Positions 23,629-35,800 are shown, numbered from the stretch's first letter. The stretch: DNA of 64,000 bases from Caecitellus pseudoparvulus (GCA_965644315.1 CBFFRQ010000013.1:682001-746000), one strand, 5' to 3'. The notes: generated from the sequence alone by a model not told the origin. Numbers and translations are program-made.

Positions 23629-24152
23629 TCATGGACGGAAAGTAGGCGCCGGAGGCTGCTCTTCTGCGCGGACTGGGCTCGCAGCTTGCGACCCAGAAAC
23701 AGCCACCCCAGTGCACGAAACGTCAGAGGTGTCATCAAGCTCTTCACCCCACTCCATGTCGTCCTCCTCTGCGCTACCCCCCGCGGCGGCTGCCAACGCT
23801 GCCCACTTCTGCTGCAGGGCAGGCGACTGTGGCCCGCCCGCGTCGATTGCGGCCCCCTCTGATGCTGGCTCAGCAACAGCCTTAGCTGCTTTTTGGACAT
23901 TGCGTTCGGGGATGGGGTTGGGTTTGGACGCCACCGTGCCGGGTGCGTCGACGGAGCTGGTGCTGGGGCCTGCAGAGCCCTCATCACCTTCCACGCGAAC
24001 CTGCGCAGGACGAGGTATGCCAATTGCAGCGATGACAACGGCAGGCTGGGCACACCCTGCTGACAGGAAGTCAAACATACCCCAGCCAAAGTGTCGACAA
24101 ACTCGCCGAGGTCTTTTTGCACAGTGGAGAGGGCCGAGGCAAACCAGGCCAT
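23629..24152 (-). CDS. Hypothetical small acidic protein
   Basis: ATG at 24152 (MAWFASALSTVQKDLGEFVDTL), a probable intron ending TGCGCAG near 24002, then an acidic low-complexity exon (EEDDMEWGEE). Confidence 0.4.
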
Positions 24153-24293
24153 GACGATACAGCCAATTTCCGCAAGCCTGCCACTGCGGTTGTGCGGCCA
24201 CAAACGAGACCCTACCGGATCGACGTGTAACAAGAAGGGTCCAACGCATGTAAAGTTTAATCTTTATTTTGTTGCGAGGTAGTATTTGTCGCC

Positions 24294-25307
24294 ATGTCCG
24301 CGCTGCAGGCCACGCAGGCTGATGGCTTCTACTACCCACCGGGGTGGGACCCAAGCAAGGGCTCTTTGGACAAGTACCACGGGTCTCACGGCAAGTTTGG
24401 GGCACGAAAGAAGAAGGAGCACCTGGGCATTCTTGTTGTGCGCATCGAACTCCCCCACCATGCCTGGTGCCTGGGCTGCGGAAGGCACCTAGGCCGTGGC
24501 GTCAGATTCAACGCGGAGAAGCAGCGGGTGGGCCAGTACCACTCCACGCCCATCCTGGAGTTCAGGTTCACATGCCCTTCCTGCTCTCATGCCTGTGCCA
24601 TGAGAACAGATCCTGAAAAACGGGGGTACAAGGCCCACGCCGGTATTCGGTGGCAAGCACGGGAGCGCGAGGCTCAAGAGGGAGACGTGGGCATCGCCTC
24701 AGCCGACGACAAGCTCGCCCTGGCCTCCGACCCGCTCCTGGCCCTGGAACACGCCACTCGGGATGAACGGGAGGCAGCTGCACGGGGAGAGGCCCTGGAG
24801 CGCCTGATCGAAGTGCAGGCCCGAGGGAAGGACGACTACGCAGGCAACGCCGCTCTTCGAGCACGCATGCGGCCCCGGCGTGCCCAAGCCAAGAAAGCGC
24901 TGGCAGAAGGCAAGGCCCGTGGCATGGCGGTGCCTCTACTCCCTCTAGAGGACAGCGATACACAGGCAGCCATCGCTGCCCTCAGCACACGCCAGTTGCC
25001 GCCGCCGCCTTCGGCGCTGGCCGAAGGCAGTGTACCAGCTGATACGTCGACACAGCACGCAGCAAGAGGCGAGCGGCCTCGACCAGTGGTGCGGGTCGTG
25101 TTGCGCCGTCGAGGCACACGGCGTCAACGAGCCCAGGGTGGGGCGGTTGCATTGCAAGAGGCCAAGCGTCCCCGGGTGGGCCTCGTGGAGTACTCCAGCT
25201 CCGACAGCGAAGTGAGTCAGGCAGGGAGGGGAGGGGTGCTAGAAGAGCAACCAGGAGATGCCCAGCAGCATGAAGAAGGGCGGAGCGTGGAGGCAGAGGT
25301 TTCCTGA
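24294..25307 (+). CDS. CCDC130: CCDC130/YJU2B (Cwf16/Saf4 family) splicing factor
   Basis: YYPPGWDP, LVVRIELP..WCLGC..GRGVRFNAEK, YHSTPI.F.F.CPSC, RTDP. 3' end may be spliced (GTGAGT at 25212). Confidence 0.85.
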   Translation: MSALQATQADGFYYPPGWDPSKGSLDKYHGSHGKFGARKKKEHLGILVVRIELPHHAWCLGCGRHLGRGVRFNAEKQRVGQYHSTPILEFRFTCPSCSHACAMRTDPEKRGYKAHAGIRWQAREREAQEGDVGIASADDKLALASDPLLALEHATRDEREAAARGEALERLIEVQARGKDDYAGNAALRARMRPRRAQAKKALAEGKARGMAVPLLPLEDSDTQAAIAALSTRQLPPPPSALAEGSVPADTSTQHAARGERPRPVVRVVLRRRGTRRQRAQGGAVALQEAKRPRVGLVEYSSSDSEVSQAGRGGVLEEQPGDAQQHEEGRSVEAEVS

Positions 25308-26286
25308 ACAAGGTGTGACAGGGGGGGGGGGGTGCAAAAGCAAGCGGGGCAGGGCGTAGATGAAGCCGGGGTCAGCTCACCCGTGAGGAAGATCCAGGGG
25401 ATGAGGACGTATGCGGGAGAATCGTTGAACTGGTGCATGAAAGGCACTTTCACATCCCTCCAAAATCCGTGGGCAAGATTCAAGTTCTTGTCTGCGCAAG
25501 GGTGGCGGCTCAAGCGACGAGCGTGTGTTTGCCGGGCGCCTGGAACCACGTGGCCTGGCAGAAAAGGCACGCACAGATGATGTTCAGGCGCTGCCCTGGC
25601 AACTCTAGTGCCAGCCAACGGTATGTGAAGGCTCTGCACCAGCAAATTAGCACGAAGGTGAGGGCCCCCGACACCAGGGCCGCATGCGGCGTGAATCCCC
25701 CAGCACCAGAGCCCAGCGCTGAGAGGGCAAGGGGCATGAACCACAAGTGATGCCAGGTAGTCAAGAACCTCACCCACGTGCGCTGCTCGGGGTCATTCAG
25801 GTACCCAGACACACCAACCGGCCAGCCCCACCTGCCAGACACCATCCAACCGACGGTATCCACGTACCAGCACAGCTGGTCCAGGGACACCGCCAGCACC
25901 GCGCCGGACACCGCGACAGGCAAGTCCAGCACCATGCCACACGCGGCCAGCAACATGCTGACATTGCAAGCCCACAGGAGTTCGTAAGCGGGGTCTGTGC
26001 CCCGCTCAGTCATGCGAGCTGAGATGATGGCGACGGTGTACAGGACGAGGAAGGCAGCGACGCCATCAAACCCCGAGATTGGCGCCCTCGGCGTGCTGGA
26101 GTCCATCCAAGCCTGCACTTGGACTGACACTGCCAAGGCGACAGCGAGGGCCAAGGCGGTGCCAGGAAGAGCGACCAGCACTGGCCTCCAGTATACCGCT
26201 CGGTCCCAGCCTTGCAGTGGAATAAGCTCTGTGGATGGCGGAATTTGGTGCTTGTCTTGCATCCGAACGATGCGTAGGCCCCCCAT
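25239..26286 (-). CDS. Multi-pass membrane protein of unknown function
   Basis: Hydrophobic helices with YELLWACN, DQLCWYVD, TTWHHLWFMP, NLNLAHGFW. Introns 25574-25492 and ~25381-25304 give a coherent C-terminus ending TAG at 25239. Confidence 0.6.
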
Positions 26287-26394
26287 GCTGGCATTCAAAG
26301 TAGATTTCACCAGGACGAAAGACAAAATGGATTCAAGAGCAGCTATTGGCTGCTTTGAAGTCGTCTTGGGAGATTTTTTTAGTGTGTGGGTGGG

Positions 26395-27294
26395 TCAAAT
26401 CTGCAACGAGCGAGGGGCGCCCCTGCTGTCACTGCCCACGATGCCAAGCACCACAGGCGTTCCGGGATGGGCGATGTGCAGAGCACTGGGTGGTGCACTC
26501 AAGGATGTCGTTACCATGCCTCCACTGTGGGGGGAGGCCAGAGACGCCACCCCCCGCCTCGTTTCGGAGCTGGCTGAGGAGAAGCTACCGCTGCCCGTGG
26601 GGGGCAGGCCTCTTGCCTCGGAAGCCCCACTGTGAGAGAGGGCGGAGGGCAGCTGGGGCAAATTCAACTGAGGGGGGCCGCTCCCCACTGAAGCCCCGGA
26701 CCGTGGGCTGCTGCGGGCAAGACTCAATGCACCAGTGGCAGAAGATGCCGTTGCGCCGCGAGCCCGCCCACACGCGGCCGTGGGCATCGTTGATGACTCG
26801 GCTGGCGATTCGGGAGCGGAAACTTCTTCTTGGGGTGGCACCTGGAGCCCTACTTCTGCTGCTGCTACTGCTGCTGCTGCTGCTGGCTGGGCAGCAGAGG
26901 GGGCAGGCCGCTTCGCTGCCGTCGCGTGCCCCGCAGCGCCCAGCGTTGGAGATGTCAGGCCGACGTAGAAACCCCATCCATCAGTGGAAGCTGACCCGCC
27001 ACTGGATCGGCCTGTGCTCTTTGTACGCGCCTTGGACAGCAGCTTGGCGGCGTTGAAGCCAGCCGCGCGGGTGTGGCTGGCCTGCCCTTCGGCGTTGGCT
27101 GGGGGCACAAGCGCAGCCACTGGGGGCACGTCTGCCTCCGTCGTGCCTTCCTCCCCTTCCTCCAGCACATACAGCAGGACACCTAGCGCTGTGCCGGCTG
27201 CAAGTGTGGCAGCCTCCAGGGGTTGCTTGGCCACCCACTTTGCGGCTTCGCTTCCGAGGGCACGCAGTTCACGCCCTGACGGCCAGAAAGACAT
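26395..27294 (-). CDS. Hypothetical single-TM, Ser/Ala-rich protein
   Basis: ORF with an N-terminal hydrophobic segment (AAGTALGVLLYVL) and an isolated aromatic motif DGWGFYVGLTSP. Confidence 0.45.
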   Translation of the reverse strand: MSFWPSGRELRALGSEAAKWVAKQPLEAATLAAGTALGVLLYVLEEGEEGTTEADVPPVAALVPPANAEGQASHTRAAGFNAAKLLSKARTKSTGRSSGGSASTDGWGFYVGLTSPTLGAAGHATAAKRPAPSAAQPAAAAAVAAAEVGLQVPPQEEVSAPESPAESSTMPTAACGRARGATASSATGALSLARSSPRSGASVGSGPPQLNLPQLPSALSHSGASEARGLPPTGSGSFSSASSETRRGVASLASPHSGGMVTTSLSAPPSALHIAHPGTPVVLGIVGSDSRGAPRSLQI

Positions 27295-27706
27295 GACAAG
27301 AGGATCGGAAACCACTCCTGGTGTGCAAATCTGGATTCCCTTGCTGCCTTTGCCTCTGCAGGCTTGCTCCTTTCTGGCGCTTGCGCGGGTGGCACTCGCC
27401 ACGCCCGGCTGCGGAACTTGACGTCCCCAACTGGTGTTGAGCCAACACCACCGGAGTTGCACCTCAATTGAGGCTCACTGCAACATCACATTCATCATAG
27501 CAATCCCCACGTTGAATTGTATGTGGTGCGTGCATTTGATTTTGACCTGCCATCTTTAAGTCTAGACCGCTGCTTGTCTTGTTGCGAGGACAGGCGCAAG
27601 CCGCCCTGGCGCACGCAGCTGTGCCATGCTGCAGCTGTCTGGACGACGACTGAGATTGATGGGGCAGTAGCTAGTTGCCCTTTGCATTTTCCTCGCTCCA
27701 GCAACC

Positions 27707-29734
27707 ATGGCAGCTGCTGCCCGTGTCGACACCGCTGCTACCGGCGCCCGGCGCCCACTGAGGGTGGTATCGTGGAACGTGGGCATGTCTGGTTGGAAGT
27801 GCGTTAGCCACCTCAGGACACTGCAGGTCCGATAGACGAACCTGTCATTCAAATCCTGCCTCCATCCTCATCGCAGGAACACCAGCGCCAAGGTGGGGGG
27901 CGTGCAGGCAGTCCTGCACACACTCCGCGCAGACGTGTTGGCGCTGCAGGAGACAAAGTGTGAAGCAGCGGAGCTCTCACATGAACTTGCAACTGTGCCT
28001 GGATATCAGTCTTACTGGTCGTTCAATCGCAAGGCCTCTCACAGGAACTACTCCGGAGTGGCGTTGTACGTTCGCCACGAGTTAACTCCACACGCAGTCG
28101 AGGAGGGACTGGCAGCCTCCACCCCAACAGCAAAGGCACATGATCACCCCACAAAGACTTGCAGCCCGAGTGTAGACGTAGCAACTTGGCTTTCGGCACA
28201 TGGACCCGGTCCGTCTGCGCGGGAAGTGGACCAAGAAGGGGTGCGCTCCAACCTGACCCCGCACCTTTGCAAGCCGTACACCGCCCCATCCCCCGCCCCC
28301 CTCCCTGCCGCAGCGCTGCCTCATCGCTGACTTTGGTGCATTTGTGCTTTTCAATGTGTACTGCCCTGCCCATGGTGACAGTGTTCGAAGGCTCACCTTC
28401 AAGCAAGCCTTCCATCAGGCTCTTGCCTGCCGGCTGCATGCCATGTTGGAGGCTGGACGGTGCGTGATGCAAGTGCACGGGGGCCACGCCCGCATGAGAG
28501 CTGACGCGGCAACGCACACCGCAGGAAAGTCGTGGTTGTGGGGGACTTGAACGTGACCTACGCAGACATGGACAGGGGCGATACGGATGGGAGCAGTAAA
28601 TCATCGAGTGGACCACAGTCACCCCTCGCATTTGACTGGGGCTGGTTCCGCCGCTGGATGTCGACGCTGCTCAGCCCAGGCTTCGAGCGCTTGAGTTTGA
28701 GCCAGCTGGCCCTGCCTCCAGATGTCGACCTGGCTTCGCTGCCTGCCCAAACACAGGGTGCATGTTTTGTCGATGCGTTGCGGCATCAACACCCTGAGCG
28801 ACAGGGCGCATTCACTTGGTGGAGCACTGTGACGGCGGCCCGCCTGACAAACTTTGGCAGGCGCCTGGACTACACGCTGGTGAGCTCCACACTGCTGCCT
28901 TTTCTGCAAGACGCAGACATCCAGCAGGATGTGCAGGGCAGTGACCACTGCCCTGTGTGGGTGCAGCTGGCGTTGTGTGGGGATGCCAAACCAGGCCCGC
29001 CATGGATTGCCCTCCCGCCCTCCGAGGCCAGCAGTGCCAGAGTGGATGCGAGGGGCGCAATGCGAGAAGCTAGGAGTGGGGATGAGTGCACACTACCAGA
29101 TCAGCGAGAAGGCAGTGCCTTTGTGCCTCCGGACACCTCCGAAAGTCACTGGGACCCGCAATGGCCAGTGCCGTCTCTTGCTCAGGCTCCCTGCCCCACC
29201 CCTGCCTTGGAAGCCAGCAAGCTGCCACAGCTAGCCACGGTGCAAGCCAGCATTGCCACGTTCTTCAAGGCACGCAAAGCCGACAGTGATGACGAAGTGC
29301 ACCTGGTAGAGCAGCCGATGAAGTCGTCAAGCGTGAGGAAGCGGCGGAGAGGCCCCGCGACATTGCATGCATTCTTCTCGGGCAGCAGGGCAAAGCAGGC
29401 GCGCGGCACCCCTGCTGCATCCTTGGCCCCGCCTAGAGTTGTGGCAGCGCCCCCGTCTCGCCCCCAGCCGGCGCGGGGGGGCAGCTCTGCTGGAGCCAGC
29501 TGGGCGCAGCTGCTTCGTGGACCCCTTCCTCCTCCAAAGTGCAAGCACGGCGAGGCGGCGATTCAGCGGACGGTGGTGAAGGCAGGGCCCCGGCATGGCG
29601 CCAGGTTCTATGTTTGTGCCCGACCAGAAGGGCGGAAGGGGGATGCACACGCTCGCTGTGACTTCTTCATGTGGCACACAGCACATGTGGCAGCGGCGCG
29701 AAAGCCGCAGCCAGCCTCGCACCCATCAAGGTGA
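27707..29734 (+). CDS. APEX2: AP endonuclease 2 (ExoIII family) with PIP boxes and GRF zinc finger
   Basis: VVSWNV, LQETK, YSGVA, FNVYCP, GDLNV, FTWW, GRRLDY, GSDHCPV, QASIATFF and CKHGE..FYVC..CDFF.W. Introns ~27799-27876, 28241-28313, 28460-28524. Confidence 0.92.
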
Positions 29735-30901
29735 CCAGTCCAGCACCTTGCGCGTCTGACCTGCCAGACGCTCCAGTGTCGCCTGGTTGGCCTCTTTCGC
29801 GGCAGGCGTGATGAGTGTGTCCACGGTGTGCAAGACACCTGCGTCAAGAGCTGCCCGGCGTCCGAGGGGGTGAGCGGCCAGCGTGGCCACAGCCCGCAGG
29901 GTATTTAACAGCAGAGATAGTTGCTGTCCACAGTCGCCATAAGCTTGCGCACTGCTCTGCAGCGCGTCCAGGAGTGGCTGGATGCCCTCATCCAACACAA
30001 CACGTTTGCCAGCATCGTCCACGACGGCATTCATCAAGGCACCAGCGGCCGCAGCACGGGCAGAGTCGCTGGGAACCAGCTCGCCACTAAGCGCGTGCAG
30101 CAGGAGGGGCAGTGCACCGGCTTCGATGAGTTGGCGCTTGCCGTCCTGTGGCACAGCCGCCCACATGAGCGTGCCGGCAGCTCCCCGCACAATGCAGGTG
30201 TCAACGGACTCGCTGCCCGACAGCTGTCCGGCGAGCAACTTGGTCACGACGGCAACACAGTCACCGTCCAAGGCTGCCAAGACTCCCTCTTGCCCATGTG
30301 CGTTGACGCACTTCACCAATGCCGCCAAAATAGTGCCTAGCAACGATGTGTCATGCTCAGCTGCCGCTCGAGCGACGAGGTGCGGTACGAAGCCAGCCTT
30401 CACCAGTCCAGTTGCCCCAGAAAACGTGCTGGCCACTCCCAGAATTGCTTCGTAAGCATGCCCACGCGTGCTTGCTGCGTCGTCTTTGCACAGAGCCTTC
30501 AAGGCACTCAGGATGCCTTCGTCCGTGGACACGGCCGGCGCGCCGCCAGCTCTGTCGCCGCAGAGCTTGTGAAGGCATCCCGAGACGAGGCCCCTGATGC
30601 TGCTTTCAGCATGGGCTGACTGCTCAGCGAGGGGTTTGAGGATGCCTGCAGCAAGGGCCTTGGCCACATTCATCGGCTGGGGCAGATGGGTCAGGCAAAT
30701 CTTCAGCGCCTTGGACACGACCACAGGGTCGGAGTGCAGCAGATACTTCTCCACCAAGACCGGGAACTGCTGCGCCTCAAAAGCCAGTGAAACACACTGC
30801 AGGTGGCGCTCCGGGGGGTCCTCTCTTGATTCATGCAGGTACAGCAGCACAGTGGGCTCGGGAGCTGCTGCTGAAGCAGGGTTGCTCGCTGCAGCGGCCA
30901 T
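29726..30901 (-). CDS. ARM/HEAT-repeat protein, radial spoke head 14 (RSPH14/RTDR1)-like
   Basis: SLAFE.QQFP.L..L...D....KAL N-terminus, ARM-like repeats, A.HP.GR and a terminal W.P. Confidence 0.6.
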   Translation of the reverse strand: MAAAASNPASAAAPEPTVLLYLHESREDPPERHLQCVSLAFEAQQFPVLVEKYLLHSDPVVVSKALKICLTHLPQPMNVAKALAAGILKPLAEQSAHAESSIRGLVSGCLHKLCGDRAGGAPAVSTDEGILSALKALCKDDAASTRGHAYEAILGVASTFSGATGLVKAGFVPHLVARAAAEHDTSLLGTILAALVKCVNAHGQEGVLAALDGDCVAVVTKLLAGQLSGSESVDTCIVRGAAGTLMWAAVPQDGKRQLIEAGALPLLLHALSGELVPSDSARAAAAGALMNAVVDDAGKRVVLDEGIQPLLDALQSSAQAYGDCGQQLSLLLNTLRAVATLAAHPLGRRAALDAGVLHTVDTLITPAAKEANQATLERLAGQTRKVLDWSP

Positions 30902-31071
30902 CGCAAAAACGCCGTTCAATTTCCGCGCCTGACTGCAACAGCTGCCTATGATTGGGCGTGTGGGCTCCTTGTGCTTCACGCAGCACAAGTGGGAATCGAC
31001 GTGAACAGTCTCTCGAGCAGTGATGCAGGCCCTGGGTGCAAGAATGTGGTGCATTGGTGCCACTGCACTTG

Positions 31072-32640
31072 TCACTGGATCAAGCCCTCAGCCTCAGCTT
31101 CGGCACGAAGCTGAGCAAAATACTTCGCGTTCAATGTGCCCTCGAACGGCGTCCTTTGGAGTTGCCTTGGACCAGTCAGCCTCATAAGTTCCCTGACGGT
31201 GTCCCGCTTCGGGCCCTTGATGTCCAACAGGTTGCCTGGATCTCGGCGGGGGCGCTCAGTGGGCTCTTTGCGCTCCCGTGCGTGCACGTCAATCAGGCGG
31301 TCTCCAGACAGGGCCAGCAACTCGCGAACCACAAGGTGTTGATTTGCCTTAACAGCAGTCCACAGAGGTGCCTCCGGTCCCTCGTCATCAGGCGCATGGA
31401 CGTCAACATACCTGTCCCCAGTCAAGCTCAGCAGGCAGCGCAGGCACTTCACCCGACCCTTGGCACAAGCAATGCGCAGCAAGGCTTCGGGGCCCTTGGC
31501 GTCAGCCCGGTGCACATCAAAGGCTTGATCGCCCTTTAGAGACAGCAGCAACTCGAGCATTTCCAAGTGCCCACGAGCACAAGCGTAGCGCAAAACCGAG
31601 TCAGCTCCGGATGAGCCCTCTGCATGCACATCCACTGCCCGATCTCCCTCCAGCGCGAGTAGCAAGCGCACGACTTGGCTGCGACCCAAGTATGATGCTC
31701 GTCGGAATGCTGCTTCTGGGCCTGCATCATCACTTGCGTGCACATTCACGCGACGCTCCCCTGTCAGGCCCAGAAGCAGCTCAACCACCTCCACGTGGCC
31801 AGCCTGGCAAGCTGCCCGAAAGGCCGCCTCCGGCCCATGCTCATCAGCCGCGTGCACATCAATCTGCCTGTGACCTTGCAGCGCCAGGAGGGACTGCACC
31901 ACCTCCACGCTCCCACTTTCGCAAGCCCGGACCAGGGCCGTAGGGCAGGCATGGACGTCAACCTGCCTCTCTCCGCCCAGCTTCAACAGATACTGCACGA
32001 CTTCTAACTGCCCACCTCTGCACGCAGCCGCAAAGGCTGCCTCGGGAACCCCATCAATGGTGGCATTTACATCGACTGCCTGAGCTCCCTTCAAAGCCAG
32101 AAGCTCATGCACAACAGGAAGGTGGCCGTTGCTGCATGCCCAAACCAACGCAGTCACTCCATGTGAGAAGACGGCGTTCGTGTCCACTTGCAAGGGGCCC
32201 TCCAGCCACAGAAACTCACGAACTACTTGCAGGTGCCCAAACAAGCATGCGCTGGCGAAGGAGTACTCGAGGAAGAACTCGTTGGGCTGCCGCGAAGTCA
32301 GCTGCAGTCCGCCGAGGTAGTCCAGCACCAAGCGCACGACCACGAGCCGGCCTCCCCGCGCCGCCAGCACCAGACCTTCCCCTGATCCTAATTGAAATGA
32401 CTTGAAAAGGTCGAAGGGGTGCGTCGCATGCAGCTCTAAGAGCTCCCGGACGCTGCCGACAGCGCCCATCGAACAGGCATGAGCAAAAGCGGCCTCTGCT
32501 GCCTCAGCGTCGAACTTCCCTTGCGCCAGCTGCTGCCTTAGTGGAATCATTCCACCCTCTGTGCGGTCAAATGAAATGCGAATATGAGGGGCCTTGGGCG
32601 CATCGCTCCGCGCCTCTCCCGGCACGCGCTCGCTCGACAT
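31072..32640 (-). CDS. Ankyrin-repeat protein (~11 repeats)
   Basis: Repeated AFxxACxxGHxxVVxxLLxLxGxRxVDVHA units. Single exon. Confidence 0.85.
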   Translation of the reverse strand: MSSERVPGEARSDAPKAPHIRISFDRTEGGMIPLRQQLAQGKFDAEAAEAAFAHACSMGAVGSVRELLELHATHPFDLFKSFQLGSGEGLVLAARGGRLVVVRLVLDYLGGLQLTSRQPNEFFLEYSFASACLFGHLQVVREFLWLEGPLQVDTNAVFSHGVTALVWACSNGHLPVVHELLALKGAQAVDVNATIDGVPEAAFAAACRGGQLEVVQYLLKLGGERQVDVHACPTALVRACESGSVEVVQSLLALQGHRQIDVHAADEHGPEAAFRAACQAGHVEVVELLLGLTGERRVNVHASDDAGPEAAFRRASYLGRSQVVRLLLALEGDRAVDVHAEGSSGADSVLRYACARGHLEMLELLLSLKGDQAFDVHRADAKGPEALLRIACAKGRVKCLRCLLSLTGDRYVDVHAPDDEGPEAPLWTAVKANQHLVVRELLALSGDRLIDVHARERKEPTERPRRDPGNLLDIKGPKRDTVRELMRLTGPRQLQRTPFEGTLNAKYFAQLRAEAEAEGLIQ

Positions 32641-32883
32641 GATGGCTCAAGGTTCGTTTCACCCGCGTTTCAGCAACTGCCGCCACTTGTCCCTGCAATG
32701 TCGCGAAAGCAGGACACTGAAGACGCAAGGGCACAATGGCACCTCCTTTGGTGTGCTTGCAGGGGGGTTCTGGCCGGCAGCCAAGTCAAGCGTGTTGAAT
32801 TTGCTGAAGGTGGGACAGAGCCCAATCAACCCTGCGTCGTCGTTCCCGTGCGCTTGCGATAAGGCGGGGGGCGATTGCTTTGT

Positions 32884-35800
32884 TCAAGATTCACTTCCGG
32901 AGCTGGCCAAAGGGGCCTGGGCTGCTTGATTCAGCCCGATGATGGCCACACTTGTGTTGTCCACTGTGCTGAGCGTCATGGCTTTCTTGACCAGCGCCGC
33001 AGCGGCGAGCTGAACATCTTGGGACCGCTCAACCAAGAACCGACGAGTAAAATTGACTGCTTCTTGGGACGACAGGACATCCCACAGCCCATCGCTTGCA
33101 ATGATGAGGAACTCATCCCCTGGGCACAGGACAACGCCAGTCACTTCAGGGGCAGCGGTGAGAGGGTCACTGGAAAACTCGCTGCCCCACGCAGCCTGGC
33201 ATCGGAGCGCTTTGTGCTCTGCGTCACCAAACGCCCGGGAAACACCCAGCACGCCATTCAGCCGGCCGTTTGCAATCCAACCCCCAGCTGCTTCGATGCG
33301 AGCCTTCTCGGCTTCCACTTTGGGCTTGTGATCCTGCGTCAGGTTCACAGCCAACCCTTCGTGGCTCAGCACTGCGCGGCAGTCACCTGCGTTGGCCATG
33401 TACAGCACAAGCTCACGCCCACAGCGCCCAAAGACAGGGGACGTCGCCGCTGATTGGCTCCGCCGCAGAGCAGCAGCCAAGGCAGGTGGTGGAGGAGATG
33501 CTGTGCCCATACTCATACCCCTTGCCCGGACACCCGTGCCCGCCGCACAGTCTGTGAATGAGAAGCCGCCCACAGCCGACGCTGGGGGGGTGCATGCCTC
33601 TGATGCGGCCATTCGCGGGGTGGGCGGCGCAGCGGGCAAGTCCCCCCCTGCTCCCACCGCTTGCCACCTGAGCACCGCGACACAAGCTGTCGCGCCTGCA
33701 CAGGCGGCGCTCGCCGTGCCCTGCAACGATGCCCGTGCTTGCTGCTCACAGATCTCGGCGTCCAGCTCTGCAAACGCCCCCTCCAGGGCAGTAGACATGT
33801 CCCCTTCATCCTCGAACTCGCCTTGGGCTGCCAAGACCAAGTGGAGGCGGGCAGCCAAGGCTTCCGCGACAGCATCACCATTGTGCCCGTCAAAAATGCC
33901 AAAGTACGCCGTCTCAGGGGCGCCCTCCAAGCCCAACTGCTCTGCCATGTCCAGGAGCACCATGCTGCGGTCTTCCATGCCGGTGCGTGGGCCCGGGTCC
34001 TCCGCCACGCCAACCACCAACCCCATGCTGCTATTGCGGGCTGATTCGGGGGCTGACAGCGCTATGAGCTGCTCAGACGCTGCGCCAGCACTTGGCGTGT
34101 CAGTAGTCTGAGCTGTGTCCACTGTAGGACGCCCGCCTGCGCTGGTGCTTGGTGCGTGCACCCCCACGTCGCTGCTGCTGTGCGTTGACGCAGTGGAGCT
34201 GTCTGCCTCCAGGCGCACGTCAGGCAGGGGAAGCAGATCTGGGTCCGCGATGTCCGCTTCTGCGTCTCCCAGCATGTCATCCAGGGCTCCTTGAAAGTCA
34301 TCCAGGTCTGCCACCCCGCCACTGCCTGCTGCCGCAACAACAACGTCAGAGAAGTCGGAGTCAGAGTCACTCTCCGTGCTTGCTTCGGCGAAGTCATCAC
34401 TGGTGTCCGGCTTCATGCGCATTTTCAGCGTCTGGCGCCCTCGACTGCGCATGCGAGTCATGCTCTTTTGCCCGCCATCAGCGGCACTGCCACTGAGGGC
34501 GTCGCCCTCATGCCCGCTGCCAAGGCCGTAGCCACTGGTTGTCGCAATGGAGAGGCGGCCAGCCCCGCCCGCTCTGAAAATCACAGCCTTCTTCACCGTG
34601 CCCCCCTCCGTAGTTGTTCCTGAACCAGACTTGACCATGATGAAGTCCTCTTTCCGCGTCAGGCTGCGGCCGGAGTCCACAGACGCCGCAGATAGGCCTT
34701 CAAACATGGCTGCAGCGGGGGGGGCTTCTGGGACGGAGGCAGGGGAAAGCACCCCCCCGCTGGCTGAGCCACTGTGGTCGCGGGCAGCCGTGACAGACAA
34801 GTGATGCCGTCTTCGAACCACCCTACGGGATGGTCGGGCAGCAGGAAATGGCACCGTTGGCTGTCGGCAGGCGTGGAAGGAAGCGCAGCGCTGCAACCCA
34901 ACCGTCAAAGCTGCCACCGTGTACGTACTCAGATGCTGAGACACATGCACAGCGGCACTGGTGGTGGTGGAGGTCGAGTCAACCCGCCCTGGTGTTGAGC
35001 TGCGACTGGCGGCACCTGAAGGTGCGCCTTGCGTTGACGCCATGGACCGAAACGAGCCTGCTGTGCGCAACAATGCCCCGCTGCCAAGGACGCCAAGTGC
35101 GCCCCCACCAGCGGCAGCTGCGCCGCTTGCCGCGTCCACACGCGAACGTCGAGCGCTTTGGATGAGAGCACACTCGATGCTCGCTTTGCGCAGCCTCAGC
35201 ACGGCTGCGTGCTGCTCGCTCCCGCCTGCTTTCTCCGCTGCGGCACCGGAGGCAGCCCAGGCGCCCCACTCTGGGGAGCGTTCCAGCACTTGCGCTGCAC
35301 CTGCTCGCAGGTGTGCGACGCGGCCGCCCTGGAGTGGGCCTTGCAAGAACATGTGCATCGCCGGCGCCGACGCGGAGCGACGCAACCTTGCACCAGCGTG
35401 CAGGGTCGACCCCGCCAGCAGCCGGCGAGGGGAAGTGGCGGTGTTCCATAGCGCCTCTGCAGGGCCTGGCGCGCCCAGCAGCATCCCCAGAGCCTCCAGC
35501 GCCACCGCGGGCGCATTGCGGCGCATGGCTGCTGCTGCCTTGGGATGTTTGAGTGCTGCCCTGACTTGCTGGTGTTTGGTAGTGGAGGAGGAATTCCCAG
35601 ACCCTCCATCGTCCTCAGACGTGTCTACCAGCACTTCGGCTGCAGACAATAAGCTCAAGACACTGTGTGCTGAGCTCTGTCGTGCCAGACGATGGCGCTG
35701 GTCCTCCTGGTACCCATACAGCGCGGCGCCCAGAGACAGTGGACTGCCAAGCTCCCGTTCCTGGCCGCCTGCGTCCGTCGCTGCGGCTGGGGACGAAGCG

